Assembly (NCBI GenBank): GCA_023247915.1
Contig: JAHFFN010000003.1
Span: forward strand, 4,081 to 68,080
Direction: 5' to 3'
Length of the DNA: 64,000 nucleotides
Source of the DNA: Candidatus Omnitrophota bacterium
Lineage (GTDB): Bacteria; Omnitrophota; Gorgyraeia; 2-02-FULL-51-18
Shown here in pieces: positions 44,835 through 54,108 of the stretch. The position numbers and the translations under genes are program-made. The number at the start of each line of letters is the position of its first letter. Positions within the stretch are counted from its first letter, which is position 1. Under the pieces are notes generated by a model. It saw only the letters and a program-made list of their open reading frames with translations, had not been told where the DNA came from and did no database searches.

Positions 44835-47259
44835 TTTTTATGCCATCCCGCCGCTTGTCGGCACTCTCGTATTTTTTGTTTTAGGCCTCGTCGTTTTATT
44901 CAACAAACCCCGCACTCCCGAAAAGATTATTTTTTCAGTACTTTGTCTTGAGACTTTTTATTGGCAAGTAGTTTGGCTTGCTTCATTTTTTGTACAATCC
45001 AATTCTTCTTATGTAACCTATCTCGCGAAGCTGGCTTATCTGGCGATTACACCCCTGCCTTTTACGTTTTATTGGTTAATTGTCGTTTGTTTGAAAAAAG
45101 AAAGGAGTGAAAAGGGGTATCTCGCGGGGTTCGCGGTTGTCGGTGCCGCGCTTTTGCTTCTTTTATTCTCCACGGATCTTTTTTTGGCGGGTAACCAGCA
45201 TTTTTCTTGGGGAAATTTCAGTAAGCCTGGAATTTTGTACCCAATTTTTACGGCCACAGCATTAATTTCTATGATTCGTGGACTAGTGCTACTGCGACGC
45301 TCTCTCCAAGACCCCTCTCTCGATGTTCAATCCAGAAATCAAATGAAATATTTGTTTCTGGGATTTTGCTTTTACTTTTTTTGCACGCTAGATTTTCTTC
45401 AAGTTTATGGGGCAACTTGGTATCCCATTGGCACCTTCTTTTTTATATTGGCTTCGTTGACGATCGCTTACACGATTTCTAAACACCAGCTTTTGGATAT
45501 AAAAATTGTTGTCCAGAAAACCCTGATGTACACCTTTTGGACTCTTTTTGTATCGTTAGGCTATGCGTGCGTTATTTTTTTAATTCAAAGTGTTCTATTG
45601 GGAGGGACTTTTACCCATGTAAATATGGCTTCTGAGGCGACGACGCTTAAGCGAATCCCAGATGGGTTTTATAAATGGAGCGGGCTTCTGGCGCTTCTTA
45701 TGAATGGTGGGATGGCGCTTTTTGTTTATCTCAAAAATAAGAAGAGCTTGGTTAGTGTTAAGTTTGTTATCTTGAGTTTATTTATTGGGCTGTGGGCATC
45801 AGGTTCATGGCTAGTCAATATGATTCCGGATGGGGCATTTGCGCTTTGGATTCTTCGCGGGCATTATGGGTTTGGACTCTTTGTCCCGGTTCTTTTTTTA
45901 GACTTTATTGTTACTTTTACGCGATCTTCGGAGAAATTTTGGATCCGGGTTGGATATGGGATTTCTTCTCTGCTTTTAGCCGCCGACTTTTCGTCTTATT
46001 TTATCCAAGGATTGCGAAGTGTTCCCGGCTTCAATTTCTATATCACCGAGCCAGGGGTTTTGTACCCACTATTTGTCGGCTATTTTTGTTTTTATTTCTT
46101 TTTGGCCTTTTTGAGATTGGCCGCTAGCCTTAAATGGTTCAATGAAGAGGAGAGGAAGCAAGCAAAATATGTTTTTCTCGCCTATTTCGTAGGAATGGCC
46201 GCCGGCATCGAATACTTTTGTTCGGTTTTTGGCCTGCTTCATCGTCCACCGCTGGATGATTATATTTTAATTTTTACTTTTTTGATTTTGACCTATGCGA
46301 TCGCCAAGCACGGGCTCTTGGATATTCGCGTGGTGATCAAGCGAACGCTGTATTACTCACTTTTGGCATTCCTGATTTCCACTTTTTACGTGCTTGTTGT
46401 ATTTTTGGCGCACGCCTTTTTTATGAAAGAAACCATCTCTCTGCATTATTTGGCCAGCAGCACTTTATTTATTTTGCTAATAGCCCTTTTTTTGAGACCC
46501 ATCGAAGCTATTTTGCACCGCTTATTGGACAAGAAATTTTTTAAAGGAACGATCTCCGAGATCTCCGAGCAAAAGGCGCTTTTGGAGACCGAGCTTGAGA
46601 GGCGAGAGCGACTGAAGAGCGTCGGCATCTTGGCGGCGGGGATGGCGCATGAGATCAAGAACCCTTTGACGGCGATTAACACCTTTGCTGACTATCTTCC
46701 CGAGAAATACAATGACCCTGAGTTTAGGGAGAAATTTTCGCGTATCGTGAAGCAAGAAGTGGCGCGGGTCAAAGAGATTGTCTCCGATCTTCTTTTGTTT
46801 TCAAAGCCAGCCGATCCTCATCCTCGTGAAACCGATATTTGTAAAACCCTTTCGGATATTTTAGAGCTTCTTTCAAATGATACTTTGAGCCATGGGATCC
46901 GCGTTAGTACTTCGCTGGAGGAGGCTAGAGCACATGTTGATCCTGATCAAATCAAGCAGGCTCTACTCAACATCCTCATGAACGCAATCGATGCGATGAA
47001 GGAGAAGGGGGGAGAGCTTCGGGTTGAAACGTCCACGAAAGGTAATTTTGTTACTATTTTTATCCACGACACCGGCCGTGGCATTCCCGGGGACAAAATC
47101 AAGCACATCTTCGACCCTTTCTTCACTAGCAAAGAGGGCGGTACCGGCCTTGGCCTTGCGGTCACCCATTCCATCATCGAAGGTAACCGGGGAACTATTG
47201 AGGTTAAAAGCGAGCATGGTATTGGGACAACATTCACCCTGAGGTTGCCTGCACGATGA
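44806..47259 (+). CDS. sensor histidine kinase with two tandem multi-TM (7TM-type) input modules; start uncertain (TTG 44806 or GTG 44809)
   Basis: H-box GMAHEIKNPL, N-box NILMNAIDAM, G-boxes DTGRGI and GTGLGLA. The track start at 44692 lies deep inside the OMP gene. Alignment of the N-terminus with the paralogs starts near FYAIPPLVG. Confidence 0.8.
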   Translation: MVGGSSICFNFYAIPPLVGTLVFFVLGLVVLFNKPRTPEKIIFSVLCLETFYWQVVWLASFFVQSNSSYVTYLAKLAYLAITPLPFTFYWLIVVCLKKERSEKGYLAGFAVVGAALLLLLFSTDLFLAGNQHFSWGNFSKPGILYPIFTATALISMIRGLVLLRRSLQDPSLDVQSRNQMKYLFLGFCFYFFCTLDFLQVYGATWYPIGTFFFILASLTIAYTISKHQLLDIKIVVQKTLMYTFWTLFVSLGYACVIFLIQSVLLGGTFTHVNMASEATTLKRIPDGFYKWSGLLALLMNGGMALFVYLKNKKSLVSVKFVILSLFIGLWASGSWLVNMIPDGAFALWILRGHYGFGLFVPVLFLDFIVTFTRSSEKFWIRVGYGISSLLLAADFSSYFIQGLRSVPGFNFYITEPGVLYPLFVGYFCFYFFLAFLRLAASLKWFNEEERKQAKYVFLAYFVGMAAGIEYFCSVFGLLHRPPLDDYILIFTFLILTYAIAKHGLLDIRVVIKRTLYYSLLAFLISTFYVLVVFLAHAFFMKETISLHYLASSTLFILLIALFLRPIEAILHRLLDKKFFKGTISEISEQKALLETELERRERLKSVGILAAGMAHEIKNPLTAINTFADYLPEKYNDPEFREKFSRIVKQEVARVKEIVSDLLLFSKPADPHPRETDICKTLSDILELLSNDTLSHGIRVSTSLEEARAHVDPDQIKQALLNILMNAIDAMKEKGGELRVETSTKGNFVTIFIHDTGRGIPGDKIKHIFDPFFTSKEGGTGLGLAVTHSIIEGNRGTIEVKSEHGIGTTFTLRLPAR

Positions 47260-49676
47260 ATCCTTTTGCATTTTCAGGCCTACTTATAGGAATTTCTTCA
47301 ACGGCGATGGGTGTGTGGGTATTAATGAAAAACTCATCAAGCCCCGTTAATAGACTGTGGGCTATTTTCTGTGTCTCTGTAGCTTTTTGGGGTTTTGGTG
47401 GGTGCGCATTCGGACTTGCCAAAGATGCTAGCTCAGCGCTTCTTTTTTTGAGACTTACCTATGTAGGCGTAATTTTTATACCGGTTCTTTTTTACCATTT
47501 TGTGGTCGTCTTTCTTGAGCTACATCGCCGCAAAAGTCTTGTCGTAGCTTATTTAATAAGCATCATTTTTTTAATGGCTGACGCAACTCCTCTGATGCTC
47601 GGCAATATGACCTGGATGTTTGGACAATTTTATTTTTTATGCCCACCCGGTGTGTTGTACCCATATTTCGTTTTATTTTTTGTGTTTATGACATCCGCAA
47701 GCTTGATTAATTTATGGTATTTTATGAAAAAAATTGAAAATGAACTTCGACGAACTCAGATCAAATGGTTTCTTATGGCAACGGCAATTGGATTTATAGG
47801 GGGTTCAAGCTGCTTCCTGCCTGTTTTTGGAATCAAAATTTACCCTTATGGAAATTTTACAGTTGCCTTATACCCAATAATTATGAGTTACGCCATTATC
47901 AAGCATCAATTGTTAGATATAAAAGTTGTTATCAGAAAAACAATTTTTTATTCTTTGGCGGCATTTCTAACCTCTATCATTTACGTATTCGCAATAGTTG
48001 CTACACATAAAATAATGACAGGTGAGTGGGCCTATCGGTTAGATTTTTTAAATGGTTTAAAAAATTTTCCAAGCCTTTTTACGCTAACCAGCCTCCTATG
48101 CGGACTTTTTTCTTTTGGCTTAGCTATATTTGCAGGCATCACGGGAAAATCTAAAGCTCAAAAATTATTTGCTGCCTTTAATTCAGCGGTAGCTTTATGG
48201 GGATTTGGCAATTTTTTAGCAGGAATTTCCAAGACTCCAGAGACTGCTTTACTATCTTGGCGTGTTGCATATTTTGGTGGGTTTTTTATCAGCACTTTTT
48301 TCTACCACCTAGTCTTAGATTTTTTTGAAATAAAAAATAAAAATATTTTATGGTTCGCCTATCTGCATTCGATTATTTTTTCAGCGTTGATGGCGATTCA
48401 TCCAATCTATTTTTTGAGCAAAATTCGCATGGCTTTCGGAGTGCCATACAATATTGTTACTCCGTGGATGGCCGTCGCCATTTGGATATTTTTAATTTTG
48501 GTTGGACTGAGCTATCGAGAGCTATTGCTTTATCTACAAGCTCCAAAAAATGAAAACAAGACACAAGCAAAATACTTTATTTTTGGTTTTTCGTTTGGAT
48601 TTTTTGGAGGCATGACGACTCTATTGCCTCCATTTGGTGTGGATATTATTTATCCCATTGGAAACTTGGGTGTCGCCATCTATGTCGTAATTCTTCTATA
48701 TGCAATTTTTAGACATCAAATCTTAGATATTCGTATCGTGATACAAAGAACGGCTACGTATACCGTTCTAATTCTTCTGATCTCCATAGCCTACATTTTA
48801 ATAGTATTTGCTGTGCATCGATTTATTCTAGTTGAAAAAATGGTTCATGCGAATTTATTTAGCAACGTTGTTTTGATTCTTTTAATAGCTCTATTCTTAA
48901 AACCCTTGGAAGCATTTTTACGCCGGTACGTCGATAAGAAATTTTTTAAAGGAACTATTCAGGAGATATCGGCACAAAAGGATAAGCTGGAGAGTGAATT
49001 GGAGCGGAGGGAGCGTCTTAAAAGCGTAGGAATTTTGGCTGCTGGTATGGCACATGAGATCAAAAATCCGATCACATCTATCAAGACGTTCACTGAATAT
49101 TTACCGACAAAATATGACGATCCAGAGTTTCGTGAGAAATTCATTCGGATTGTTAGTGATGAGACAGAGAGAATTTCTGGCATTGTCAAGGATCTGCTTG
49201 AATTTTCAAAGCCGTCGGAGCCCAATAAACAATCTTGTGGTCTTAATCAGATTTTATCGGATGTTACAGATCTGCTAGGTGGGGGTATCTTCAAAAAAGG
49301 CATTGAGCTTCAGATGAGCTTTGTCTCGAATCTTCCAAGAGTTTATGTTGACCCATCCCAAGCCAAGCAAGTGTTTCTAAATATCCTTATGAATGCCATG
49401 GACGCGATGACTGGTGAGCGACGCGTTTTACGGATTGAGACAGGCGTGGCTGGTAAGCATGTTTTTGTTGCCGTTGAGGACACAGGCTGTGGCATGTCTG
49501 GAGAAACCAGCAAACATCTTTTCGACCCCTTCTTCACGAACAAAGCAACCGGAACCGGACTTGGTATGGCAATCACTCATTCCCTCATTGAGAAAAACGG
49601 CGGCACGATCCATGTCAGCAGTGACATTGGCAAGGGTAGCCGTTTTGTCGTGCAATTCCCTGTATTCCAAGCTTAA
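47256..49676 (+). CDS. sensor histidine kinase with two tandem multi-TM (7TM-type) input modules
   Basis: ATGA overlap with the previous kinase gene. H-box GMAHEIKNPI, N-box NILMNAMDAM, G-boxes DTGCGM and GTGLGMA. Confidence 0.85.
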   Translation: MNPFAFSGLLIGISSTAMGVWVLMKNSSSPVNRLWAIFCVSVAFWGFGGCAFGLAKDASSALLFLRLTYVGVIFIPVLFYHFVVVFLELHRRKSLVVAYLISIIFLMADATPLMLGNMTWMFGQFYFLCPPGVLYPYFVLFFVFMTSASLINLWYFMKKIENELRRTQIKWFLMATAIGFIGGSSCFLPVFGIKIYPYGNFTVALYPIIMSYAIIKHQLLDIKVVIRKTIFYSLAAFLTSIIYVFAIVATHKIMTGEWAYRLDFLNGLKNFPSLFTLTSLLCGLFSFGLAIFAGITGKSKAQKLFAAFNSAVALWGFGNFLAGISKTPETALLSWRVAYFGGFFISTFFYHLVLDFFEIKNKNILWFAYLHSIIFSALMAIHPIYFLSKIRMAFGVPYNIVTPWMAVAIWIFLILVGLSYRELLLYLQAPKNENKTQAKYFIFGFSFGFFGGMTTLLPPFGVDIIYPIGNLGVAIYVVILLYAIFRHQILDIRIVIQRTATYTVLILLISIAYILIVFAVHRFILVEKMVHANLFSNVVLILLIALFLKPLEAFLRRYVDKKFFKGTIQEISAQKDKLESELERRERLKSVGILAAGMAHEIKNPITSIKTFTEYLPTKYDDPEFREKFIRIVSDETERISGIVKDLLEFSKPSEPNKQSCGLNQILSDVTDLLGGGIFKKGIELQMSFVSNLPRVYVDPSQAKQVFLNILMNAMDAMTGERRVLRIETGVAGKHVFVAVEDTGCGMSGETSKHLFDPFFTNKATGTGLGMAITHSLIEKNGGTIHVSSDIGKGSRFVVQFPVFQA

Positions 49677-49811
49677 AAGCCACCAACCATGCCTCAAAAG
49701 CACAACTTGTGCATTTTTAACAGCTAGTCGGTTAAAAAGCCCAATATCTTGAATAAATTTGTTATATTTAATGATTTTAATAAGTTTTTGATAAAACTTG
49801 ATAAAAAACCA

Positions 49812-49840
49812 TTGACAGAAGATAAGCCAAGATATACAAT
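49812..49840 (+). promoter_or_regulatory. putative sigma70-type promoter TTGACA-N17-TACAAT
   Basis: A near-consensus hexamer pair read directly, about 90 nt upstream of the HTH gene. Confidence 0.55.
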
Positions 49841-49931
49841 GTAATTCCTTTAGCTAGTTTAGCGTTGAGATTGGTTGCAAAAGATGGATTTAAGGAAGTT
49901 TGGGTAAGTATAGATTGGGAGAGATAAGGCC

Positions 49932-50147
49932 TTGGAAGAGCAGGATACAGTTTTCACCGTACAAGAATTAGCTGAATACCTAAGAATGAGACCATTGACA
50001 ATTTATAAACATGCCTCGGCGGGAAAGTTGCCTGGATTTAAGGTTGGATCACATTGGCGTTTCAAGCGGCAAACCATTGATGAGTGGATAAAAAGTCAGG
50101 AGAGAATTGGAACAAAACAGAAAACAGTAATAAGAGGCGAAGGATGA
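49932..50147 (+). CDS. excisionase/MerR-type HTH DNA-binding protein (71 aa, TTG start)
   Basis: FTVQELAEYLRMRPLTIYKHASAGKLPGFKVGSHWRFKRQTIDEWI matches the HTH_17 / excisionase-family pattern. GGGAGAG lies 8 nt upstream. Confidence 0.65.
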   Translation: MEEQDTVFTVQELAEYLRMRPLTIYKHASAGKLPGFKVGSHWRFKRQTIDEWIKSQERIGTKQKTVIRGEG

Positions 50148-50162
50148 GTTTTATGATCCAAA

Positions 50163-51002
50163 TTGGATATTGCTATTAAACTTTACATGAAGTCTTTATT
50201 GAATAATTTAGATAAATTATTATACGAGCGCCTGATTAAGGCTCTTATGTTTTCAAGTCGGCTTGGAAGAAAAAGTACGCTTGGATATGCTGATTCTGGA
50301 ATTAATTTTGATCATATATACCAAAACAAGGCAAAAGGGTATAACAAATTTGGAGTTATTATTGATAGAATTTTATTAAGCCTGCCGGCTTGTAAAGCAA
50401 CCAGAGAGAGGTTTATTACTATAAAAAATATCTTGGAAGACGAAGTTCGGCGCAATATTTCCAAGAACAGAAAAACACGAATAGTTGATCTGGCATCTGG
50501 ACCTGCCAGATATCTTGTTCAATTTATTCCAGAAAAATCAAATCAAATTGAAAGCCTGTGCTTAGACTTAGATAGCCGCGCCTTAAATTTTGGGAAAAAA
50601 ATTTCAGGGGATTCTAGGCCTATTCTATACAGAAAGTGGAATGCTTTAAGGCTTGGCAAGCACCTGAAAAATTTTAGTGTAAAGAGGGAATGGAAGCCGA
50701 ATGTAATTATGGCATCTGGTTTTTATGAGTATCAGCCTGATGATGTGGTTCAAGCCCATTTTTCTAAGACAAAGGAATATTTGGAACATGATGGTTTATT
50801 TTTGGGTGTTTTACAGTTTAAGAATCCAAATAGGAAATTGATAGAAAAAGTTGGTATTCAGAAAAGTGGAAAACGTTGGGTTCTTTTTTATAGATCCCCT
50901 GAGACACTCCATCATTGGATGGTAAAAGCAGGTTATTCTGACATTAGAGTTTTTTCTGATAAATGGAAGCATTATATTTTTTGTTTGGGAAGAAAACCTT
51001 AA
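50163..51002 (+). CDS. class I SAM-dependent methyltransferase-like protein (start uncertain: TTG 50163 or ATG 50187)
   Basis: The motif I-like string is RIVDLASGPARYL, followed by an acidic loop (CLDLD) and a downstream Rossmann-like pattern. Confidence 0.6.
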   Translation: MDIAIKLYMKSLLNNLDKLLYERLIKALMFSSRLGRKSTLGYADSGINFDHIYQNKAKGYNKFGVIIDRILLSLPACKATRERFITIKNILEDEVRRNISKNRKTRIVDLASGPARYLVQFIPEKSNQIESLCLDLDSRALNFGKKISGDSRPILYRKWNALRLGKHLKNFSVKREWKPNVIMASGFYEYQPDDVVQAHFSKTKEYLEHDGLFLGVLQFKNPNRKLIEKVGIQKSGKRWVLFYRSPETLHHWMVKAGYSDIRVFSDKWKHYIFCLGRKP

Positions 51003-51048
51003 GGATTTTATTTATAGTATAAAAGGGAAATGGATTTAATAATTCATT

Positions 51049-52311
51049 ATGAGCAAGAAGAGGCGTGTTGTAGTTACAGGAATGGGTATAGTAGCCCCGA
51101 ATGGCGTGGGTCGAGCAGACTTTACGAGGGCCATTTTTTCCGGAAAATCTGGGTTATCGTGGTTTGCATCACCAAAAGAAGAAAGACCGCGGATCCCTAG
51201 AGTGGTTGGGAGAGTGGAATCATTCGACCCAGCTAATTTTTTACCTTCTGCGGTTATTCGAAAGACAGATAGATTTGTTCACTTGGGCTTGGTTGCGACA
51301 AAACTAGCCCTGGAAGATGCTAAGATACAAATAAACAGTCATTATTTAGAAAATGCATCGATAATTTTAGGTTCGGGTCAGGGTGGGCTTATTTTTCACG
51401 AGCAGACGATAAAAAACTATATCGAGTCAAATGGAACAAAGAAACCTTCGGCCAGTTCTGTTCCAAGGATTACCTCAAATGCTGTAACGGCATACATTGC
51501 CATGGAATATCAAATCAAAGGTTTAAACCAAGTGATTTCAACTGCCTGCTCATCCGGAGTCCAGGCCATTGGCCAAGCATTTAGAAGTATCCAATTTGGG
51601 GTAAGTGACTTGATATTAACCGGTGGGGTAGAGGCGCCTATTGGTCCCGTTATGCTAGATATGTACGGTTCAATGATGGTACTGGGGAATCCAATTGGGG
51701 ACGATCCTTCTACTGCTTCTAGGCCATTTGACAAAACAAGAGACGGATTTGTTTTAAGTGAAGGCGCGGCCATTCTTATTTTAGAAGATCGGGAAAAAGC
51801 TTTGCAACGAGAAGCGCCTATCTATGCAGAGATAATAGGTTTTGGTTCAAATTGTGGAGCCTATCATATGGTTACACCAAATCCAAATGGTGATGACGCG
51901 GCGCTTGCAATGTTGGCGGCGATTAAAGATGCAGACATAGATTTAAAGAGTATCGATTATATCAGTGCGCATGGAACCGCCACAAAGCAAAATGATTTAG
52001 CTGAGACCAATGCGATTAAAAACCTTTTTGGCGATAAAGCAAAAACTATTCCAATTAGTGGATTGAAATCGATGATAGGGCATTCAATAGGCGCGGCCGG
52101 GGCGATTGAAGTGGTAGCTAGCTGCATAGCTATTTGTGAAGAGTTGCTTCCACCAACTATTAATTTAAATAATCCTGATTCTGGATGTGATTTAGATTAT
52201 GTAGCCAATATAGCAAGAAAGAAAACCATACGAACTGTTCTAAAAAATTCTTTTGGGTTTGGTTCAAATAACGCAACTTTAATTTTAAGGGATGCGCGAT
52301 ATGAAAAATAA
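51049..52311 (+). CDS. beta-ketoacyl-ACP synthase (KAS I/II type, Cys-His-His)
   Basis: VVVTGMGIVAPNG, active-site Cys in STACSSG, and His residues in SAHGTAT and IGHSIGAAG. Confidence 0.9.
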   Translation: MSKKRRVVVTGMGIVAPNGVGRADFTRAIFSGKSGLSWFASPKEERPRIPRVVGRVESFDPANFLPSAVIRKTDRFVHLGLVATKLALEDAKIQINSHYLENASIILGSGQGGLIFHEQTIKNYIESNGTKKPSASSVPRITSNAVTAYIAMEYQIKGLNQVISTACSSGVQAIGQAFRSIQFGVSDLILTGGVEAPIGPVMLDMYGSMMVLGNPIGDDPSTASRPFDKTRDGFVLSEGAAILILEDREKALQREAPIYAEIIGFGSNCGAYHMVTPNPNGDDAALAMLAAIKDADIDLKSIDYISAHGTATKQNDLAETNAIKNLFGDKAKTIPISGLKSMIGHSIGAAGAIEVVASCIAICEELLPPTINLNNPDSGCDLDYVANIARKKTIRTVLKNSFGFGSNNATLILRDARYEK

Positions 52312-52591
52312 TCAGCAGATTAGTCGTGATGAAGTCTTCGATGGTGTTCTGATTGTCTTGTCTAGCATACTGGATGGCAAGGAAGCTAAAATTGTTCCAA
52401 AGAATAACATAACCTGGGATACCGATATATATGATGATTTGGGAATTGATTCTTTAGAAAGTTTAGATTTTCTTTCCGGGCTAGAAGAGAGGTTTAAGGT
52501 GAATCCGGATCAATACGAAGCCAATGATAAGAGAAAAGTATCAGAAATTGTGGACTATATCTTAAAACTAGCTAATGAAAAACCTGCATAG
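52301..52591 (+). CDS. acyl carrier protein
   Basis: The phosphopantetheine site is LGIDSLESLDF. The ATG at 52301 has AAGGGA 8 nt upstream and overlaps the KAS end by 11 nt. Confidence 0.8.
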   Translation: MKNNQQISRDEVFDGVLIVLSSILDGKEAKIVPKNNITWDTDIYDDLGIDSLESLDFLSGLEERFKVNPDQYEANDKRKVSEIVDYILKLANEKPA

Positions 52592-52612
52592 ACTTCTCGG
52601 GGGACATAGAAT

Positions 52613-53416
52613 TTGTTAAATAACATGAATAATAAATTCAGGGCAATACAGGTTGAAGAGCTGGAGGGGGGTGCTTTGTGGCGCCTTCAAATTAATAATC
52701 CACCAGTCAACTTGTTAACTATTAAAATTATTGATGAGATTGCTGGGTGCATAGATTTGTTCGGTCAAAGCAGGCAGGCTAGAGTACTGGTATTTACGAG
52801 TGGGCTAGAAAAATTTTTTATAGCAGGAGCTGACCCAGAAGAAATAAACTCTATCTCTTCTCCGGAAGATGGGTTCGTAACAGCTAAAAGAGGCCAAGAT
52901 CTTTGTAGCAAGATAGCGGCATTAGAGAAACCGGTAATTGCTGCTATTGACGGCGCCTGCATTGGCGGGGGGAATGAAATCGCAATAGCGTGCCATATGC
53001 GCATTGCTTCCGACAAAGCTGTTTTTCAACAACCAGAAATACATTTAGGTATTATTCCAGCTTTTGGGGGAACTCAGAGGCTGGGTCGGTTAATTGGCGA
53101 ATCTAGGGCAAAAAAAATGATTTTGACGGGTGAAAAAATTAGTGCAAAGGATGCGCTACTATTTGGTTTAATTGATCAATTAGTCAGCGAGAGAAGCGCT
53201 TTGGATGAGTCTCTTAGAATTGCCAGAGTAATGTTATCAAAGAGTCCCACTGCAATCAAATTGGCTTTTAAAGCTTTGAATAAGGGGGCAGCACTTTCAT
53301 TGAGCGATGGATTGGCTATTGAATTAGAGTGTTTTAGAGAAGTATGCAAAAACAGTAACATGAAAGAGGCTTTAAATGCTTTCAAGGAAAGGCGCAGGCC
53401 AATTTTTGAACCATGA
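52613..53416 (+). CDS. enoyl-CoA hydratase/isomerase (crotonase) family protein
   Basis: FIAGADPEEI, the oxyanion/Glu context ACIGGGNEIAIACH, and the second Glu in QPEIHLGIIPAFGGTQRL. Confidence 0.85.
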   Translation: MLNNMNNKFRAIQVEELEGGALWRLQINNPPVNLLTIKIIDEIAGCIDLFGQSRQARVLVFTSGLEKFFIAGADPEEINSISSPEDGFVTAKRGQDLCSKIAALEKPVIAAIDGACIGGGNEIAIACHMRIASDKAVFQQPEIHLGIIPAFGGTQRLGRLIGESRAKKMILTGEKISAKDALLFGLIDQLVSERSALDESLRIARVMLSKSPTAIKLAFKALNKGAALSLSDGLAIELECFREVCKNSNMKEALNAFKERRRPIFEP

Positions 53417-54108
53417 TAAATCGCACTAGAAAAATACAGGGTCTTGTATGCTTTGGAGATAGTATCTTCGCTGGGACAGGGGCTTCCGATCGTCAAATTG
53501 GAAGTGCAAAATTAATAAAAAATATTTTGACAATTCCTGTGTCCTTGCAAGGACGAAACAGAGATACAAGCGAGATGGCTATTCGCAGACTTGAAAAAGA
53601 CATCCTTTCTCTCGGGAAAGAGTACACACAAGTGATCGTGTTGCTAGGTAATAATGATTGCTGGTTAGATACTAATGGTGAGCCACGCATAACCTTGGAA
53701 ACTTTTGAAGCAAATATGGTGCGTATCATTAATTTAATTCAAGCAAACGGCAGAGAAGCTATAATTTGCAATCTTCAACCAATTCACGACAAAAATTTTT
53801 TAATTACATTTCCAGAGTATCAAGATTTTTTTAAAAAGAGTAAATTCAAACCTACAGAATTGCAAGAGGTTTATAGTAATAAAATAGAAAACATTTGCAA
53901 AAAATTTAATTTAGTTATGATAGATATAAGAGAAGAGTTTCTTGATTCAGCAGGAACTTTAATGGCGGATGACGGAATCCATCCCAATGACTTAGGACAT
54001 AAAAAAATTGCCAAAAAGATAATATCTACCTTGGGCAAATTGGATATTTCGCTGTTGGGAAGTGGTTTAAAAATTGAGTCCTCTGATTGGATTGGTAGGC
54101 ACGCATGA
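53413..54108 (+). CDS. SGNH/GDSL hydrolase (TesA-like esterase/thioesterase fold)
   Basis: Block I is VCFGDSIFAG, block III is LLGNNDC, and block V is DGIHPNDLGH. There is a 4-nt overlap with the crotonase gene. Confidence 0.8.
   Translation: MINRTRKIQGLVCFGDSIFAGTGASDRQIGSAKLIKNILTIPVSLQGRNRDTSEMAIRRLEKDILSLGKEYTQVIVLLGNNDCWLDTNGEPRITLETFEANMVRIINLIQANGREAIICNLQPIHDKNFLITFPEYQDFFKKSKFKPTELQEVYSNKIENICKKFNLVMIDIREEFLDSAGTLMADDGIHPNDLGHKKIAKKIISTLGKLDISLLGSGLKIESSDWIGRHA

Noticed and set aside
49704-49725. Possible terminator after the second kinase (gcaca-act-tgtgc followed by attttta)
   Set aside because: The stem is only 5 bp and the T-tract is weak, so it is too marginal to annotate.
49932-50147. 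Excisionase-type HTH as a marker of a prophage or integrative element
   Set aside because: I found no integrase, recombinase, tRNA target or flanking direct repeats in the window. The gene is the first cistron of the biosynthesis/signalling operon, so a plain transcription-factor role is more likely.
52613-53416. Calling the crotonase gene rpfF (DSF synthase)
   Set aside because: Only the family assignment (enoyl-CoA hydratase/isomerase) is supported by motifs. The sequence looks like a generic short crotonase, and any RpfF-like function rests on context alone. I therefore gave no gene symbol.
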